In this document: positions 19,141 through 32,338 of the stretch, piece by piece | How the letters are laid out: each line of letters starts with the position of its first letter | Numbering within the stretch: the stretch's first letter is position 1 | Assembly (NCBI GenBank): GCA_002897735.1 | Contig: BDTW01000021.1 | Span: forward strand, 70,813 to 134,812 | Reading direction: 5' to 3' | Length of the DNA stretch: 64,000 nt | Source of the DNA: a bacterium BMS3Bbin13 | Lineage (GTDB): Bacteria > Pseudomonadota > Gammaproteobacteria > 21-64-14 | Made by a program: the position numbers and the translations under genes | Notes under the pieces: model-generated | Databases searched by the model: none | What the model saw: only the letters and a program-made list of their open reading frames with translations | What the model was told of the DNA's origin: nothing

Positions 19141-21212
19141 CGGACAGCGATGACCTGCTGGTGGAGATCGGCACCGAGGAGTTGCCTCCGCGCGCGTTGC
19201 CGCGGCTCTCGGAGGCCTTCGAGGAGGGGCTGTGCGCCGGCCTCGCGGCCGCCGGGCTGGTACACGGGCGCGCGCACCGCTATGCCGCACCGCGACGCCT
19301 CGCGGTGTGGATCGAGTCGGTAGCCGGCGCCCAGGCGGATCGCACCGAGGCCCGGCGCGGCCCGGCGCTGGCCGCCGCGTTCGACCCCGATGGCCGACCG
19401 ACGTCGGCGGCACAGGGGTTTGCACGCGCGTGCGGGGTGCGCGTGGAAGACCTGGGCCGGCTGGAGACGGACAAGGGGACGTGGCTGCAATTCTCGCGCA
19501 CGGTCCGCGGGCGACGCACGGTCGATCTGCTGCCGGAGATCGTGCGTACCGCACTCGCCGGGCTGCCCATCGCACGGCGCATGCGCTGGGGCGAGGGCCG
19601 CGTGGAGTTCGTGCGCCCGGTACATTGGGCGCTGCTGCTGTTCGGCGAGGCCTGCGTCGAGACGGAACTGCTCGGCGTGCACACCGGGCGGCACAGTCAC
19701 GGCCATCGCTTTCATCACCCGGGTCCGGTGGCGGTGCAACACCCGGGCGACTACGCGCGGGTGCTGCGCGAGCCCGGCCGGGTGCTGGCGGATTTTACCG
19801 TGCGCCGGGACGCGATCCGCGTCGGCGTCGATACGGCGGCCGCGGCGCTCGGCGGGCGGGCCCTGTGGGACGAGGCCCTGCTCGACGAGGTCACCGCGCT
19901 GGTGGAATGGCCGGTGCCGCTCGCGGGCGGCTTCGAACGGCGCTTCCTGGATCTGCCGCGCGAGGTGCTCATTGCGACGCTGCAGATCCACCAGCGCTAT
20001 TTCGCGGTGGAGGACGCCGACGGGGCGCTGCTACCGAACTTCGTGACCGTGAGCAACATCGAGAGCCGGGACCCGGCGCAGGTGATCGCCGGCAACGAGC
20101 GTGTGATACGTCCGCGGCTCGCGGACGCCGCCTTCTTCCGGGAGCAGGACCGCCGGGAGCCCCTCGCGGCGCGGCGCGAGGGGCTGCGCGCCATGGTATT
20201 CCAGGAGCGGCTCGGCTCGCTTCACGACAAGAGCGAGCGCGTAGCGCGATTGGTCACGGAGATCGCGCCGCGCGTCGGTTCCGATCCGGCACTCGCGGTG
20301 CGCGCCGCGCAGCTCGGCCAATGCGACCTGCTGACCCGGATGGTCGGCGAATTCCCGGAACTGCAAGGCGTGATGGGGCGTCACTACGCGCGGCTCGACG
20401 GCGAGCCGGAGGCGGTCGCGGCGGCCATCGAGGAGCAGTACCAACCGCGCCACGCCGGCGACGCGCTTCCGCAGAGCCCGGCGGGTGCGGCGCTGGCGCT
20501 CGCCGAACGGCTCGACACCCTGGTCGGGATCTTCGCCGTCGGGCTGCGACCCGGCGGTGACAAAGACCCGTTCGCGCTGCGCCGCGCGGCGATCGGCATC
20601 CTGCGTATCCTGATCGAGGGCGGGCGCGATCTCGACCTGCAGTGGCTGCTCGATCGCGCCGGCGCGGCGTACCGTGATTTCCCGCGGGCGGCGGACGCGG
20701 TACCGGAGGTGCTCGAATTCATCCTCGAGCGCCTGCGTGCGTATTACCTGGAGCGCGGCATCGCGCCGGACGTGTTCGACGCCGTGCTGGTGTGCCGCCC
20801 GACTCGTCCGGTGGATTTCGACCGCCGCGTGCGGGCGGTGGCACACTTTCGCGGACTTCCCGAGGCGGCGAGCCTCAGCGCGGCCAACAAGCGGCTGCGC
20901 AATATTCTGCGCCAGGCCGGCTATCGCTCCGGTGCCGCGGTGGATCCGGGTCGTCTGCAGGCGCCGGAGGAGCACGCCCTGTACGAGGAATTCGAGAAAT
21001 TGCGCGTCGAGGTGCGCCCGTGGATCGAGGCGGGTGAGTACACGCAGGCCTTGGCGGCCCTTGCCGGACTCAAGGACCCGGTGGACCGGTTCTTCGACGC
21101 GGTGATGGTCATGGCGGAGGACGAGGGGTTGCGAGCCAACCGGCTTGCGCTCCTCCACGCGATCGGCGCGCTGTTCCTGCGGATCGCGGACGTCTCGCGA
21201 CTCCAGGGGTGA
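19137..21212 (+). CDS. glyS: Glycine--tRNA ligase beta subunit
   Basis: [21 protein letters not shown]… is a canonical GlyS N-terminus; 691 aa. It overlaps the glyQ stop. Confidence 0.95.
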   Translation: MTDSDDLLVEIGTEELPPRALPRLSEAFEEGLCAGLAAAGLVHGRAHRYAAPRRLAVWIESVAGAQADRTEARRGPALAAAFDPDGRPTSAAQGFARACGVRVEDLGRLETDKGTWLQFSRTVRGRRTVDLLPEIVRTALAGLPIARRMRWGEGRVEFVRPVHWALLLFGEACVETELLGVHTGRHSHGHRFHHPGPVAVQHPGDYARVLREPGRVLADFTVRRDAIRVGVDTAAAALGGRALWDEALLDEVTALVEWPVPLAGGFERRFLDLPREVLIATLQIHQRYFAVEDADGALLPNFVTVSNIESRDPAQVIAGNERVIRPRLADAAFFREQDRREPLAARREGLRAMVFQERLGSLHDKSERVARLVTEIAPRVGSDPALAVRAAQLGQCDLLTRMVGEFPELQGVMGRHYARLDGEPEAVAAAIEEQYQPRHAGDALPQSPAGAALALAERLDTLVGIFAVGLRPGGDKDPFALRRAAIGILRILIEGGRDLDLQWLLDRAGAAYRDFPRAADAVPEVLEFILERLRAYYLERGIAPDVFDAVLVCRPTRPVDFDRRVRAVAHFRGLPEAASLSAANKRLRNILRQAGYRSGAAVDPGRLQAPEEHALYEEFEKLRVEVRPWIEAGEYTQALAALAGLKDPVDRFFDAVMVMAEDEGLRANRLALLHAIGALFLRIADVSRLQG

Positions 21213-21269
21213 CGCGGAAAACAGGTGCAGGCGGAGGGTTGAACGGTGGGGACGGGTGAGCGAAGCGAT

Positions 21270-21623
21270 ATGGAAGACGCGACGGGGGCCGGCGACCGGG
21301 ATTCGTACGCGACGATGCTCGCGGCGGTGCAACGATTCCACGACAAGCACCGCTTCCGGGAGACCGGGGGCGAGGAGCTGACGTACCGGATTGCGTTGAT
21401 GGCCGAGGAGCTGGGCGAGATTTCCTCGTGCGTGACCAAGGGCAAGGACCTGGAGCACCTCGCGGAGGAGTGCGCGGATCTGTTCATCCTGTTGCTGGGC
21501 ACCGCGATCTCGGCGCGGTTCGATCTGCGCGACGCCTTTTGGGCCAAGATGGAGCGGCTCATGCGGCGTGAGGCGCGTATGATCAACGGTCGGATCCGGG
21601 TCTCGGAATTCCGCGATACCTGA
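21270..21623 (+). CDS. MazG-like nucleotide pyrophosphohydrolase domain protein
   Basis: Small all-alpha MazG/NTP-PPase fold with EExxE-type motifs (MAEELGEISS…LAEECADLF). The start may be at 21246 or 21270. Confidence 0.6.
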   Translation: MEDATGAGDRDSYATMLAAVQRFHDKHRFRETGGEELTYRIALMAEELGEISSCVTKGKDLEHLAEECADLFILLLGTAISARFDLRDAFWAKMERLMRREARMINGRIRVSEFRDT

Positions 21624-21670
21624 GCGCCCGGGAACGACGCCACGCGGGTGGGGTAAGGAGGCGCACGCGC

Positions 21671-22222
21671 ATGAAACTGGCGATCCTCGACCGGGACGGG
21701 GTCATCAACGAGGACTCCGAGGATTACATCAAGGGTCCCGATGAATGGCGCCCGATCCCCGGGAGCCTGGAGGCCGTGGCGCGGCTCAACCGCGCGGGGT
21801 ACCGCGTAGTGGTCGTAACCAATCAGTCGGCCCTGGCACGGGGCCTGCTCGACAACGACGGTCTGACGGCGATCCACGTCCGCATGCATCGCGAACTGGC
21901 GAACGTCGGGGGCGTGGTCGAGGCGAGCTTCTTCTGTCCGCACGCCCCCGACGACGAGTGCGCCTGCCGCAAGCCCGAACCGGGGCTGTTGTACGAGATC
22001 GCACGGCGGCTCGGGACCTCGCTGGAGGGTGTGCCGATGGTGGGGGACTCGCTGCGCGATCTCCAGGCGGCCACGGAGGCGGGGGCGACCCCCGTGCTGG
22101 TGCGCACGGGTAACGGCGCGCGCACCGCAACGGCGGAGGGATTGCCGGCGGGGCTTGCCGTATTCGCGGATCTGGCGTCGTTCGTCGACGTACACCTCAA
22201 GACGGCGGGCGCGGAGGCGTGA
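21671..22222 (+). CDS. gmhB: D-glycero-beta-D-manno-heptose-1,7-bisphosphate 7-phosphatase (HAD family)
   Basis: The HAD motif ILDRDGVIN with a zinc-binding C-x-H-x-C…C arrangement (FFCPHAPDDECACRKP). Confidence 0.88.
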   Translation: MKLAILDRDGVINEDSEDYIKGPDEWRPIPGSLEAVARLNRAGYRVVVVTNQSALARGLLDNDGLTAIHVRMHRELANVGGVVEASFFCPHAPDDECACRKPEPGLLYEIARRLGTSLEGVPMVGDSLRDLQAATEAGATPVLVRTGNGARTATAEGLPAGLAVFADLASFVDVHLKTAGAEA

Positions 22223-23001
22223 GTTCGGACGGTTTCGCGGGTGATGCGCTCGTGCTGCTACGCTCCGGTGTATACGCGACGGTGACCGTGGCCACCACCG
22301 TCGTCTGGTCGGTGCTGTGCCTGTTCACCTTCCCGCTCCCGGTGCACCTGCGCTATCGCATCATCACCCAATGGACACATTTCAACCTCTGGTGGCTGGC
22401 CGTCAGCTGCGGTCTGCGCTACGAGGTCGAGGGCCGGGAGAATATCCCGCCGGGACCCGCGATCGTCATGTCCAAGCACCAATCGGCCTGGGAGACGATG
22501 GGCCTGCAACTCATCTTCCCGGAGCACACCTGGGTCCTGAAGCGGGAGCTGCTTCGTGTCCCCTTTCTCGGCTGGGCACTGGCGCTGCTCGATCCGGTGG
22601 CGATCGACCGGACGGCCGGGCGACGCGCGGTCGAGCAACTCGTCGAACAGGGTCGCCGTCGACTGCAACAGGGCCGCTGGCTGGTGATCTTCCCAGAGGG
22701 GACGCGGGTCGCCCCCGGTCATGGCGGGCGCTACCGGATCGGCGGTGCGGTGCTCGCAAAGCGCACCGGGTACCCGATCGTACCGGTCGCCCACAATGCC
22801 GGAGACTTCTGGCCGCGCCGCGGTTTCCGCAAACGGCCGGGAGTGATCCGTGTGGTGATCGGCCCACCCATCGACCCGGCGGGGCTCTCCGTAGGACAGA
22901 TCATCGGTCGGGTGGAGGCATGGATCGAGGGCCGGATGCGCTCCATCAGTCCCGCCTACGGCACACCGACGGACACGGAAAAACGCGCCGATAAACAATA
23001 A
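22219..23001 (+). CDS. plsC: 1-acyl-sn-glycerol-3-phosphate acyltransferase (lysophospholipid acyltransferase)
   Basis: The HxxxxD acyltransferase motif region (SKHQSAWET) plus FPEGTR. It lies in the conserved gmhB-plsC arrangement after glyQS. Confidence 0.85.
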   Translation: MSSDGFAGDALVLLRSGVYATVTVATTVVWSVLCLFTFPLPVHLRYRIITQWTHFNLWWLAVSCGLRYEVEGRENIPPGPAIVMSKHQSAWETMGLQLIFPEHTWVLKRELLRVPFLGWALALLDPVAIDRTAGRRAVEQLVEQGRRRLQQGRWLVIFPEGTRVAPGHGGRYRIGGAVLAKRTGYPIVPVAHNAGDFWPRRGFRKRPGVIRVVIGPPIDPAGLSVGQIIGRVEAWIEGRMRSISPAYGTPTDTEKRADKQ

Positions 23002-23021
23002 AAACTATTTAAAACAATGTG

Positions 23022-25562
<2,541 letters not shown>

Positions 25563-25595
25563 TCACGTGGAACCTTCCGCGGAATGCGAAGGCGG

Positions 25596-26696
25596 CTACA
25601 GCCGCATCGGCATGACGACGTAACGATATGGGCTGTTGCCCTGCCCCTGAACCAGTGCGCTGCTGTTTCCGTCCGTCATCTCCAGCTCGATCCCCTCCGA
25701 TGGGATCGCCGCGAGGGCATCCAAGAGATAAGTGACATTGAACCCGATTTCCAGGTCTCCGCCCCGATATTGCACCTCCAGCTCCTCCTCGGCCTCCTCC
25801 TGCTCCGGATTGTGCGCCTGCATCTTGAGGATGCCGTTTTCCAGCAGGAGTCGTACGCCGCGATATTTCTCGTTGGACAGAATCGAAGTGCGCGTAAGTG
25901 CCTGGCGAAGGGACTCACGGTCCGCCTTCACGATCTTGTCCCCACCACGCGGGATTACACGTTGGTACTCGGGGAAGCGCCCGTCGATCAACTTTGACGT
26001 AAACCACAGGTCCGGCAGCCGGACCTGGATGTGATTGCTGCCGATGGCGATCTCCACCGGGCTATCACGATCCTCCAGCATCCGAAGGAGTTCCTGGATC
26101 CCTTTTCGCGGCACGATTACTTGGACCCGCTGTGGAACTTTCACGGGGACCGGAAGTTCCCCCAGTGCCAGACGATGACCGTCCGTCGCGACGGCACGAA
26201 GCAGCCCATCCTCGACCTCCAACAGCAGGCCGTTCAGGTAATAACGCACATCCTGCAGCGCCATTGCGAAATGGGTGCGGGTGATCAGTTCACGCAATTC
26301 GTGCTGCGGCATGGTGAAGCTTACTGCATCCTGGCCAACCGCCACGTTTGGGAACCCTTCCGCAGGCAATGTGGCCAAGGTAAAACGGCTCCGACCTGAA
26401 CGCACGGTGGCCCGTTCTCCGCTGACGGCGATCTGCAACTCCGCCTGCTCGGGTAACGTTCGGCAGATATCCAGAAACTTGCGCGCCGGCAGGGTGATTT
26501 CTCCGGGGTCCGTAACGGCTATGGCCAAGCGGGCGACGAGCTGCACCTCGAGGTCGGTCGCAGTCAACGTGATTCCGTTGTCATCCCCCTTGAGCAGCAC
26601 ATTCGACAGAATCGGCAGGGTTTGACGGCGCTCGACGACCCCACTGACGACTTGGAGTGGTTTCAGTAGCTGTTCGCGCTGGATAGTGAATTGCAT
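25596..26696 (-). CDS. dnaN: DNA polymerase III beta sliding clamp
   Basis: MQFTIQREQLLKPLQVVSGVVERRQTLPILSNVLL…; 366 aa. Confidence 0.95.
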   Translation of the reverse strand: MQFTIQREQLLKPLQVVSGVVERRQTLPILSNVLLKGDDNGITLTATDLEVQLVARLAIAVTDPGEITLPARKFLDICRTLPEQAELQIAVSGERATVRSGRSRFTLATLPAEGFPNVAVGQDAVSFTMPQHELRELITRTHFAMALQDVRYYLNGLLLEVEDGLLRAVATDGHRLALGELPVPVKVPQRVQVIVPRKGIQELLRMLEDRDSPVEIAIGSNHIQVRLPDLWFTSKLIDGRFPEYQRVIPRGGDKIVKADRESLRQALTRTSILSNEKYRGVRLLLENGILKMQAHNPEQEEAEEELEVQYRGGDLEIGFNVTYLLDALAAIPSEGIELEMTDGNSSALVQGQGNSPYRYVVMPMRL

Positions 26697-26921
26697 CGTG
26701 TCATCCCAAAGAGCCGATGAATCATTATAGTTAAGTTAAATATTAAAGATTATAGTAATAATAGAGCACGTCCTCATCGGTGGACTTGTGGTTTTTCTCT
26801 TTCAATTACAACTCATTACATGAACACAAACCCATTGGATGACCTGGGGACATCACGTGGAGTGGGTGTGGATAAATCAGACGCTCCGAAATCGTCGGAG
26901 GTTATCCACAGGTGTTCCCCA
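26697..26921. promoter_or_regulatory. Candidate oriC / DNA unwinding element: AT-rich island with two inverted perfect DnaA boxes between dnaA and dnaN
   Basis: About 120 bp at roughly 70% AT (tcattatagttaagttaaatattaaagattatagtaataataga) in a 68% GC genome. TGTGGATAA lies at 26867-26875 and TTATCCACA at 26902-26910. Confidence 0.55.
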
Positions 26922-28256
26922 TTATGTGCTCAGGGTTCTATACAGGTTTTGATAGTCTTCCTTGATCCGGTCATCCAGCTCGGTCAGCTCCCGCACCTTT
27001 CGACAGGCATGCAATACCGTGGTATGATCGCGCCCGCCGAAGCTGTCACCGATTTCCGGCAGGCTGTGGTTCGTCAACTCCTTTGCCAACGCCATGGCCA
27101 GCTGGCGGGGGCGGGTGATGGAGCGGCTGCGACGCTTGGACAGCAGGTCGGACACCCGAATCTTATAATACTCCGCTACGGTCTTCTGGATGTTCTCCAT
27201 GGAGACCAGTTTGTTCTGGAGGGCAATCAGGTCCCGGAGGGCCTCCTTGGCAAGATCCACGGTGATCGGGCAGCCGATGAACCGTGCGTTGGCCACGACA
27301 CGGCGCAACGCGCCTTCCAGCTCCCGCACATTGGAACGAACGCGTTTGGCGACGAAGAAGGCCACCTCGTTGGGGAGCTGCACCTTGAACTGTTCCGCTT
27401 TGCTGATCAGGATTGCGACGCGTGTTTCGAGTTCCGGTGGATCAATGGCGACGGTCAGTCCCCAACCGAAGCGGGATTTGAGCCGTTCTTCCAACCCCTT
27501 GACCTCTTTCGGGTAGCGGTCGCAGGTAACGATGACCTGCTGCTGGTTCTCGAGCAGGGCATTGAATGTGTGGAAGAATTCCTCCTGGGAACGCTCCTTG
27601 CCGGCGAAAAATTGAATATCGTCGATGAGCAGGGCGTCGACCGATCGATAAAAACGTTTGAACTCGTTGATCGTGTTATGTTGCAGGGCCTTGATCATGT
27701 CGCCGACAAAACGCTCGGAGTGAAGATAGATGACCCGCGCCGAGGGATTGGTCAGCAGCATCTGATTGCCGACCGCCTGCATGAGATGAGTCTTGCCGAG
27801 ACCGACGCCCCCATAGATGAACAGGGGGTTGTAAGCGCAACCCGGGTTGTCGGCAACCTGCCGGGATGCGGCCCGCGCGAGCTGGTTGGACTTGCCTTCG
27901 ACGAAGCTGTCGAAGACGAACTGCGGGCTGAGAAAGCTGCTGCGCACCACTTCCTGCCCTGCTTGAAAGCGCGGGCCGGCGGCGGGTCGGGCCGCCACAG
28001 GTGTGGGGCGTTGGGTACTGCCGATTTCGAGCAGCACGCGCGCGGAGCGCCCGTGCGTCTGATACGAGACCACCTCGGTGATTTGTCGGTAATAGTGTTC
28101 GCGTACCCAGTCGAGGACGAAGCGGTTTGGTGCGAGCAGGTGCAGGGCATCGTCTTCTTCAACGGCATGAAGCGGACGAATCCAGGTGTTGAACTGCTGC
28201 TCGGACAACTCGCCTTCGAGACGGTGAAGACAACTTTGCCACATTGAACCGACCAC
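26922..28256 (-). CDS. dnaA: Chromosomal replication initiator protein DnaA
   Basis: [25 protein letters not shown]…, the AAA+ Walker A ([10 protein letters not shown]) and a C-terminal DnaA-box-binding domain. Confidence 0.95.
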   Translation of the reverse strand: MVGSMWQSCLHRLEGELSEQQFNTWIRPLHAVEEDDALHLLAPNRFVLDWVREHYYRQITEVVSYQTHGRSARVLLEIGSTQRPTPVAARPAAGPRFQAGQEVVRSSFLSPQFVFDSFVEGKSNQLARAASRQVADNPGCAYNPLFIYGGVGLGKTHLMQAVGNQMLLTNPSARVIYLHSERFVGDMIKALQHNTINEFKRFYRSVDALLIDDIQFFAGKERSQEEFFHTFNALLENQQQVIVTCDRYPKEVKGLEERLKSRFGWGLTVAIDPPELETRVAILISKAEQFKVQLPNEVAFFVAKRVRSNVRELEGALRRVVANARFIGCPITVDLAKEALRDLIALQNKLVSMENIQKTVAEYYKIRVSDLLSKRRSRSITRPRQLAMALAKELTNHSLPEIGDSFGGRDHTTVLHACRKVRELTELDDRIKEDYQNLYRTLST

Positions 28257-28371
28257 TGAGTCAGGGCCTCTCTTATCGTTGTAGGTGGCTGCCGAGCGGC
28301 GCTGCGGAAGACCAAGTAGTCTACCGCGCCGCGGCCCGTCGATCTATACCCGCGGAGAGCCGACGATTCTA

Positions 28372-28400
28372 TTGACAGCGACAGGACGAACGGAATAATC
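28372..28400 (+). promoter_or_regulatory. Sigma70-type promoter for rpmH
   Basis: TTGACA (28372-28377), a 17-nt spacer, then ATAATC (28395-28400), about 55 bp upstream of the rpmH ATG. Confidence 0.55.
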
Positions 28401-28456
28401 TGCTGTTTTTTCAGCGAAACCTTTTCGACTCCCTCAATTGCTCGCAGGTCCTAGCC

Positions 28457-28591
28457 ATGAAAAGAACTTTCCAGCCCAGTAACCTACGTCGCAAACGGAC
28501 CCACGGGTTCCGCGCGCGCATGAGCACCAAGAACGGACGCAGTATTCTCAAGGCGCGCCGGGCGAAAGGGCGCGCGCGCCTGTCGGCCTGA
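28457..28591 (+). CDS. rpmH: 50S ribosomal protein L34
   Basis: [44 protein letters not shown] (44 aa). It is absent from the ORF track because it is under 60 aa. Confidence 0.95.
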   Translation: MKRTFQPSNLRRKRTHGFRARMSTKNGRSILKARRAKGRARLSA

Positions 28592-28602
28592 CGGCGGGTC
28601 CG

Positions 28603-28965
28603 TTGCGCGCGGGCCGGCGGCGCTTTACCCGCCGCGACCGCTTGACCCGCGAGGAAGAATTCCGGCGCGTGTTTAACCGCCCGCGGCGTCTGCACCATGA
28701 CGCGTGGGTTACCCTCTTCAAGGCGAACGATCTCCGTTACCCGCGGCTCGGCCTGGCCATCTCCCGCAAGAGTGTCCCGACTGCGGTTGCCCGCAACCGG
28801 GTCAAGCGCGTGGTGCGGGAGAGTTTTCGTCTCAACCGGCATCGGCTGGGCGGGTTCGACATCATCATACTGGCGCGCCGCGGACTCGCGCGGCGCGAAA
28901 ACCGCGCCCTGCGCGAGGCACTGGAACGAGATTGGACAACCATCGAACAATGCAAAGACTGCTGA
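28603..28965 (+). CDS. rnpA: Ribonuclease P protein component
   Basis: A basic roughly 120-aa protein with the RnpA motif (…[13 protein letters not shown]…), directly after rpmH. Confidence 0.88.
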   Translation: MRAGRRRFTRRDRLTREEEFRRVFNRPRRLHHDAWVTLFKANDLRYPRLGLAISRKSVPTAVARNRVKRVVRESFRLNRHRLGGFDIIILARRGLARRENRALREALERDWTTIEQCKDC

Positions 28966-29183
28966 TCGTCCTGTTGCGCGCCTATCGATACGCGCTGAGT
29001 CCGTATCTGGGTGCACACTGCCGGTTCGCGCCGACGTGTTCCGAGTACGCCCTCATCGCGGTGCAGCGCTACGGCGCGTGGACCGGGACGCGGCTTGCGT
29101 TGCGTCGCCTCGCGCACTGCCACCCTTGGCACGCGGGCGGCTTCGATCCGGTGCCCGAGCGTTGCGAGCATCGGCATGGATAA
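28950..29183 (+). CDS. yidD: Membrane protein insertion efficiency factor YidD
   Basis: [42 protein letters not shown]… is a canonical YidD. It overlaps the rnpA 3' end. Confidence 0.9.
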   Translation: MQRLLIVLLRAYRYALSPYLGAHCRFAPTCSEYALIAVQRYGAWTGTRLALRRLAHCHPWHAGGFDPVPERCEHRHG

Positions 29184-30822
29184 CCAGCGTCTGCTGCTGT
29201 TCATCGCCCTGTCGTTCGTCCTGCTGATGATCTGGCAGGCCTGGATGAAGGACTACGGCAAACACCCGGCCACCCGGGTCGCCACCCCGACCGCTCCGGC
29301 CGCCAATCGTGCCGGACAATCCCCGGTCCCGGAGTTGCCGGCGTCCGCGGCGCGGTCCACCCCGGCGAGCACGCCCTCCGTCGCACCGGCCCTGCCGGCC
29401 GGGCGGGTCATCCGCGTGCGCACCGACGTCCTGGACGTGCAGATCAGCACCGTAGGCGGTGACCTGCGCCGCGCGGTGTTGCCGCGCTTCGCCGTTTCGA
29501 CGGAGCGCCCTCACGAGTCGGTGATCCTCCTGGACGATCGTGGCGAACGTCTGTTCGTCGCCCAGTCCGGCTTGCTCGCGACGGGCAACACGGCACCCAC
29601 GCATCACGCGCGGTTCAGCGCCGCCCGCACCGACTATCGGTTGGCCGATAGTGCCGACCGGTTGCAGGTGCGCCTGCACTGGAGGTCTCCTCAGGGAGTG
29701 AGTGTCGAGAAGATCTACACCTTCCACCGCAACAGCTACGTGGTGCAACTGCAGGAAGTGGTGCACAACGCCGGGGACAAGCCCTGGAGGGCGCGCCCGT
29801 ACGAGCAGTTGCTGCGCCACCGCCCGCGCAAAGGCAGCTCGCTGTTCCTCCATACCTATGTGGGGGGCGCCCTGTACTCGCCGCAGGACAAATTCCAGAA
29901 GGTCACCTTCAAGGACATGTCCAAGCACAGCCTGAGCCGCAGCGTGACCGGCGGCTGGGTCGCCATGGACCAGCACTACTTCCTGGCTACGTGGATCCCC
30001 CCGCTCAAGGCACCTCAGGACTTCTACACCAAGGCGCTGCCCGGCGATCGCTACGTGATCGGGACCCTGGGCGGTGCGCTCGAGGTGGCCCCCGGACAGA
30101 CGCGGACCGTCGCCGTGCGGCTCTACATCGGTCCCAAGCTCCAGGAGCGGCTCGTGGGCGTCGCCCCCGGCCTGGACCTGACGATCGACTATGGCTACCT
30201 CACCGTGCTCGCGAAGCCCATCTTCGCGATGATGCGGTGGATCGAAGAGCTGGTCGGCAACTGGGGCTGGGCGATCGTGATCCTGACGATCCTGATCAAA
30301 CTCGCCTTCTACAAGCTCTCCGAGACCAGCTATCGCTCCATGGCGAACATGCGCCGCCTGTCGCCGCGCCTGAAGGCCCTCAAGGAACGATACGGAGACG
30401 ACCGACAGCGCCTCAATCAGGCGATGATGGAGCTCTACAAAAAGGAGAAGATCAACCCGCTCGGCGGATGTCTGCCGATCGTGGTGCAGATCCCGGTGTT
30501 CATCGCCCTCTACTGGGTGCTGCTGGAGAGCATGGAGCTGCGCCAAGCGCCGTTCGTGTTATGGATCCACGACCTCTCGGCGCCGGACCCCTATTTCGTG
30601 CTGCCCATACTCAACGGCATCACCATGCTCATGCAACAGCGTCTGAATCCCTCGCCGCTGGATCCGATGCAGCAAAAGATCATGATGATCATGCCCATCA
30701 TGTTCTCCGTGTTCTTCGCCTTCTTCCCCGCCGGACTGGTGCTCTACTGGCTGGTGAACAACCTCCTGTCGATTTCCCAGCAGTGGATGATCACACGGCG
30801 CGTGGAGAGGGGCGCGAAGTAG
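29176..30822 (+). CDS. yidC: Membrane protein insertase YidC
   Basis: [23 protein letters not shown]… plus the conserved C-terminal TM core (…[29 protein letters not shown]…). The start is the ATG at 29176. Confidence 0.95.
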   Translation: MDNQRLLLFIALSFVLLMIWQAWMKDYGKHPATRVATPTAPAANRAGQSPVPELPASAARSTPASTPSVAPALPAGRVIRVRTDVLDVQISTVGGDLRRAVLPRFAVSTERPHESVILLDDRGERLFVAQSGLLATGNTAPTHHARFSAARTDYRLADSADRLQVRLHWRSPQGVSVEKIYTFHRNSYVVQLQEVVHNAGDKPWRARPYEQLLRHRPRKGSSLFLHTYVGGALYSPQDKFQKVTFKDMSKHSLSRSVTGGWVAMDQHYFLATWIPPLKAPQDFYTKALPGDRYVIGTLGGALEVAPGQTRTVAVRLYIGPKLQERLVGVAPGLDLTIDYGYLTVLAKPIFAMMRWIEELVGNWGWAIVILTILIKLAFYKLSETSYRSMANMRRLSPRLKALKERYGDDRQRLNQAMMELYKKEKINPLGGCLPIVVQIPVFIALYWVLLESMELRQAPFVLWIHDLSAPDPYFVLPILNGITMLMQQRLNPSPLDPMQQKIMMIMPIMFSVFFAFFPAGLVLYWLVNNLLSISQQWMITRRVERGAK

Positions 30823-30862
30823 GATCGGCCATGCACGCCCCGACGAGCGATCGCGGCGCGTT

Positions 30863-32227
30863 ATGAACCCCGCCGACGCCGGGGCGGCGGACACCATCGC
30901 CGCGGTGGCGACCCCGCCGGGGCGCGGCGGGGTCGGGATCGTGCGTGTCTCGGGGCCGATGGCGCCGGCGATCGCCGAGGCCCTGCTGGGGCGCCGCCCG
31001 GTGCCGCGGTACGCCCTCTTCGCGCGCTTCCGCGACGCCGCCGGCGGCATCCTGGACCGGGGTCTGGCGCTGTATTTCCCGGAACCGGCCTCGTTCACCG
31101 GCGAGCATGTCCTCGAGCTGCACGGCCACGGCGGTCCGGTCGTGATGGACCTGCTGCTCGGGCGCGTCTGCGCCCTCGGCGCACGCCCGGCGGCGCCGGG
31201 GGAATTCTCGCAGCGCGCCTTTCTCAACGGCAAGCTCGACTTGGCGCAGGCCGAGGCCGTGGCCGACCTCATCGCGGCGGGGACCGCCGAGGCGGCGCGC
31301 GCCGCCGCGCGTTCCTTGGAAGGTGCATTGTCGAGCCGCGTCGCGGACCTTACCGAGCGCCTCGTCGTCCTGCGTACCCACGTCGAAGGGGCGATCGACT
31401 TCGCCGAAGAAGACATCGAATTCCTGACCGAAAGCGCGGTCGACCGGCGTCTCGAGGACCTTCTCCGGACGATCACCGGACTCGAGGAGCAGGCGCACCG
31501 CGGGCGCCTGCTTCAAGAAGGGATCCAGGCGGCGATCGTCGGCCGCCCCAACGTCGGCAAGTCGAGCCTGCTCAACCGCCTCGTCGGGCGAGAGACGGCC
31601 ATCGTCAGCGAGTTCCCCGGCACCACCCGGGACCTGTTGCGCGAGAGCCTCGATCTCGCCGGGGTGCCCCTGCGCCTGGTCGACACGGCCGGCCTGCGGG
31701 ATTCCACGGACCCGGTGGAGCGCGAAGGGGTGCGGCGCGCATGGGACGCGTTGGCCCGCGCAGACCATGTGCTGCTCGTGGTCGACGACCGCGACGGCCT
31801 GGCCGCGGAAGGGCGTGCGTTGCTCGATCGTGTGCCGGCGGGCCCGGAGGTGACCGTGGTACGTAACAAGATCGACCTGACCGGGGGCGTCCCCGGCCGG
31901 GTCGCCGCCACGGGCGCTCCCGTGGAGCTGCGCGTCTCGGCGCGTACCGGCGCCGGGATCGACGTCCTGCGCACCCACCTGCGCGGCGGTGCCGGGCCGG
32001 TGGACGGGGCCGGCGTATTCGCCGCCCGGCGCCGTCATCTCGATGCCCTGCGCCGTACACGCGAGCGACTCATCGAAGGACGGCGCCAGTGGTGCGCGCA
32101 CCACGCGCCGGAGCTGCTGGCCGAGGATCTTCGCGCCGCCCACCGCGCGCTGGGCGAGATCACCGGGGCATTCACCAGCGACGAGTTGCTCGGTCGTATC
32201 TTTTCCACGTTCTGTATCGGAAAATGA
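30863..32227 (+). CDS. mnmE: tRNA modification GTPase MnmE (TrmE)
   Basis: G-domain motifs (GRPNVGKSSLLN, DTAGLR, NKIDL) and the C-terminal CIGK tetrapeptide. Confidence 0.95.
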   Translation: MNPADAGAADTIAAVATPPGRGGVGIVRVSGPMAPAIAEALLGRRPVPRYALFARFRDAAGGILDRGLALYFPEPASFTGEHVLELHGHGGPVVMDLLLGRVCALGARPAAPGEFSQRAFLNGKLDLAQAEAVADLIAAGTAEAARAAARSLEGALSSRVADLTERLVVLRTHVEGAIDFAEEDIEFLTESAVDRRLEDLLRTITGLEEQAHRGRLLQEGIQAAIVGRPNVGKSSLLNRLVGRETAIVSEFPGTTRDLLRESLDLAGVPLRLVDTAGLRDSTDPVEREGVRRAWDALARADHVLLVVDDRDGLAAEGRALLDRVPAGPEVTVVRNKIDLTGGVPGRVAATGAPVELRVSARTGAGIDVLRTHLRGGAGPVDGAGVFAARRRHLDALRRTRERLIEGRRQWCAHHAPELLAEDLRAAHRALGEITGAFTSDELLGRIFSTFCIGK

Positions 32228-32338
32228 GCGGATCGCCTTACACGACCCTGGGGGGGAGAGCGGGCGCCGCACCATGATCCCCGGTTCGCGGCGCACCCCG
32301 AATACCACAGTGATCGCCGAACCGGAGCCGGAAACGAC

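Noticed and set aside
28257-28456. oriC in the rpmH-dnaA spacer, the usual Pseudomonas-type location.
   Set aside because: GC content is ordinary and no convincing DnaA boxes are present (best is TTATCGTTG, with two mismatches). The spacer is adequately explained by the rpmH sigma70 promoter and dnaA regulatory sequences.
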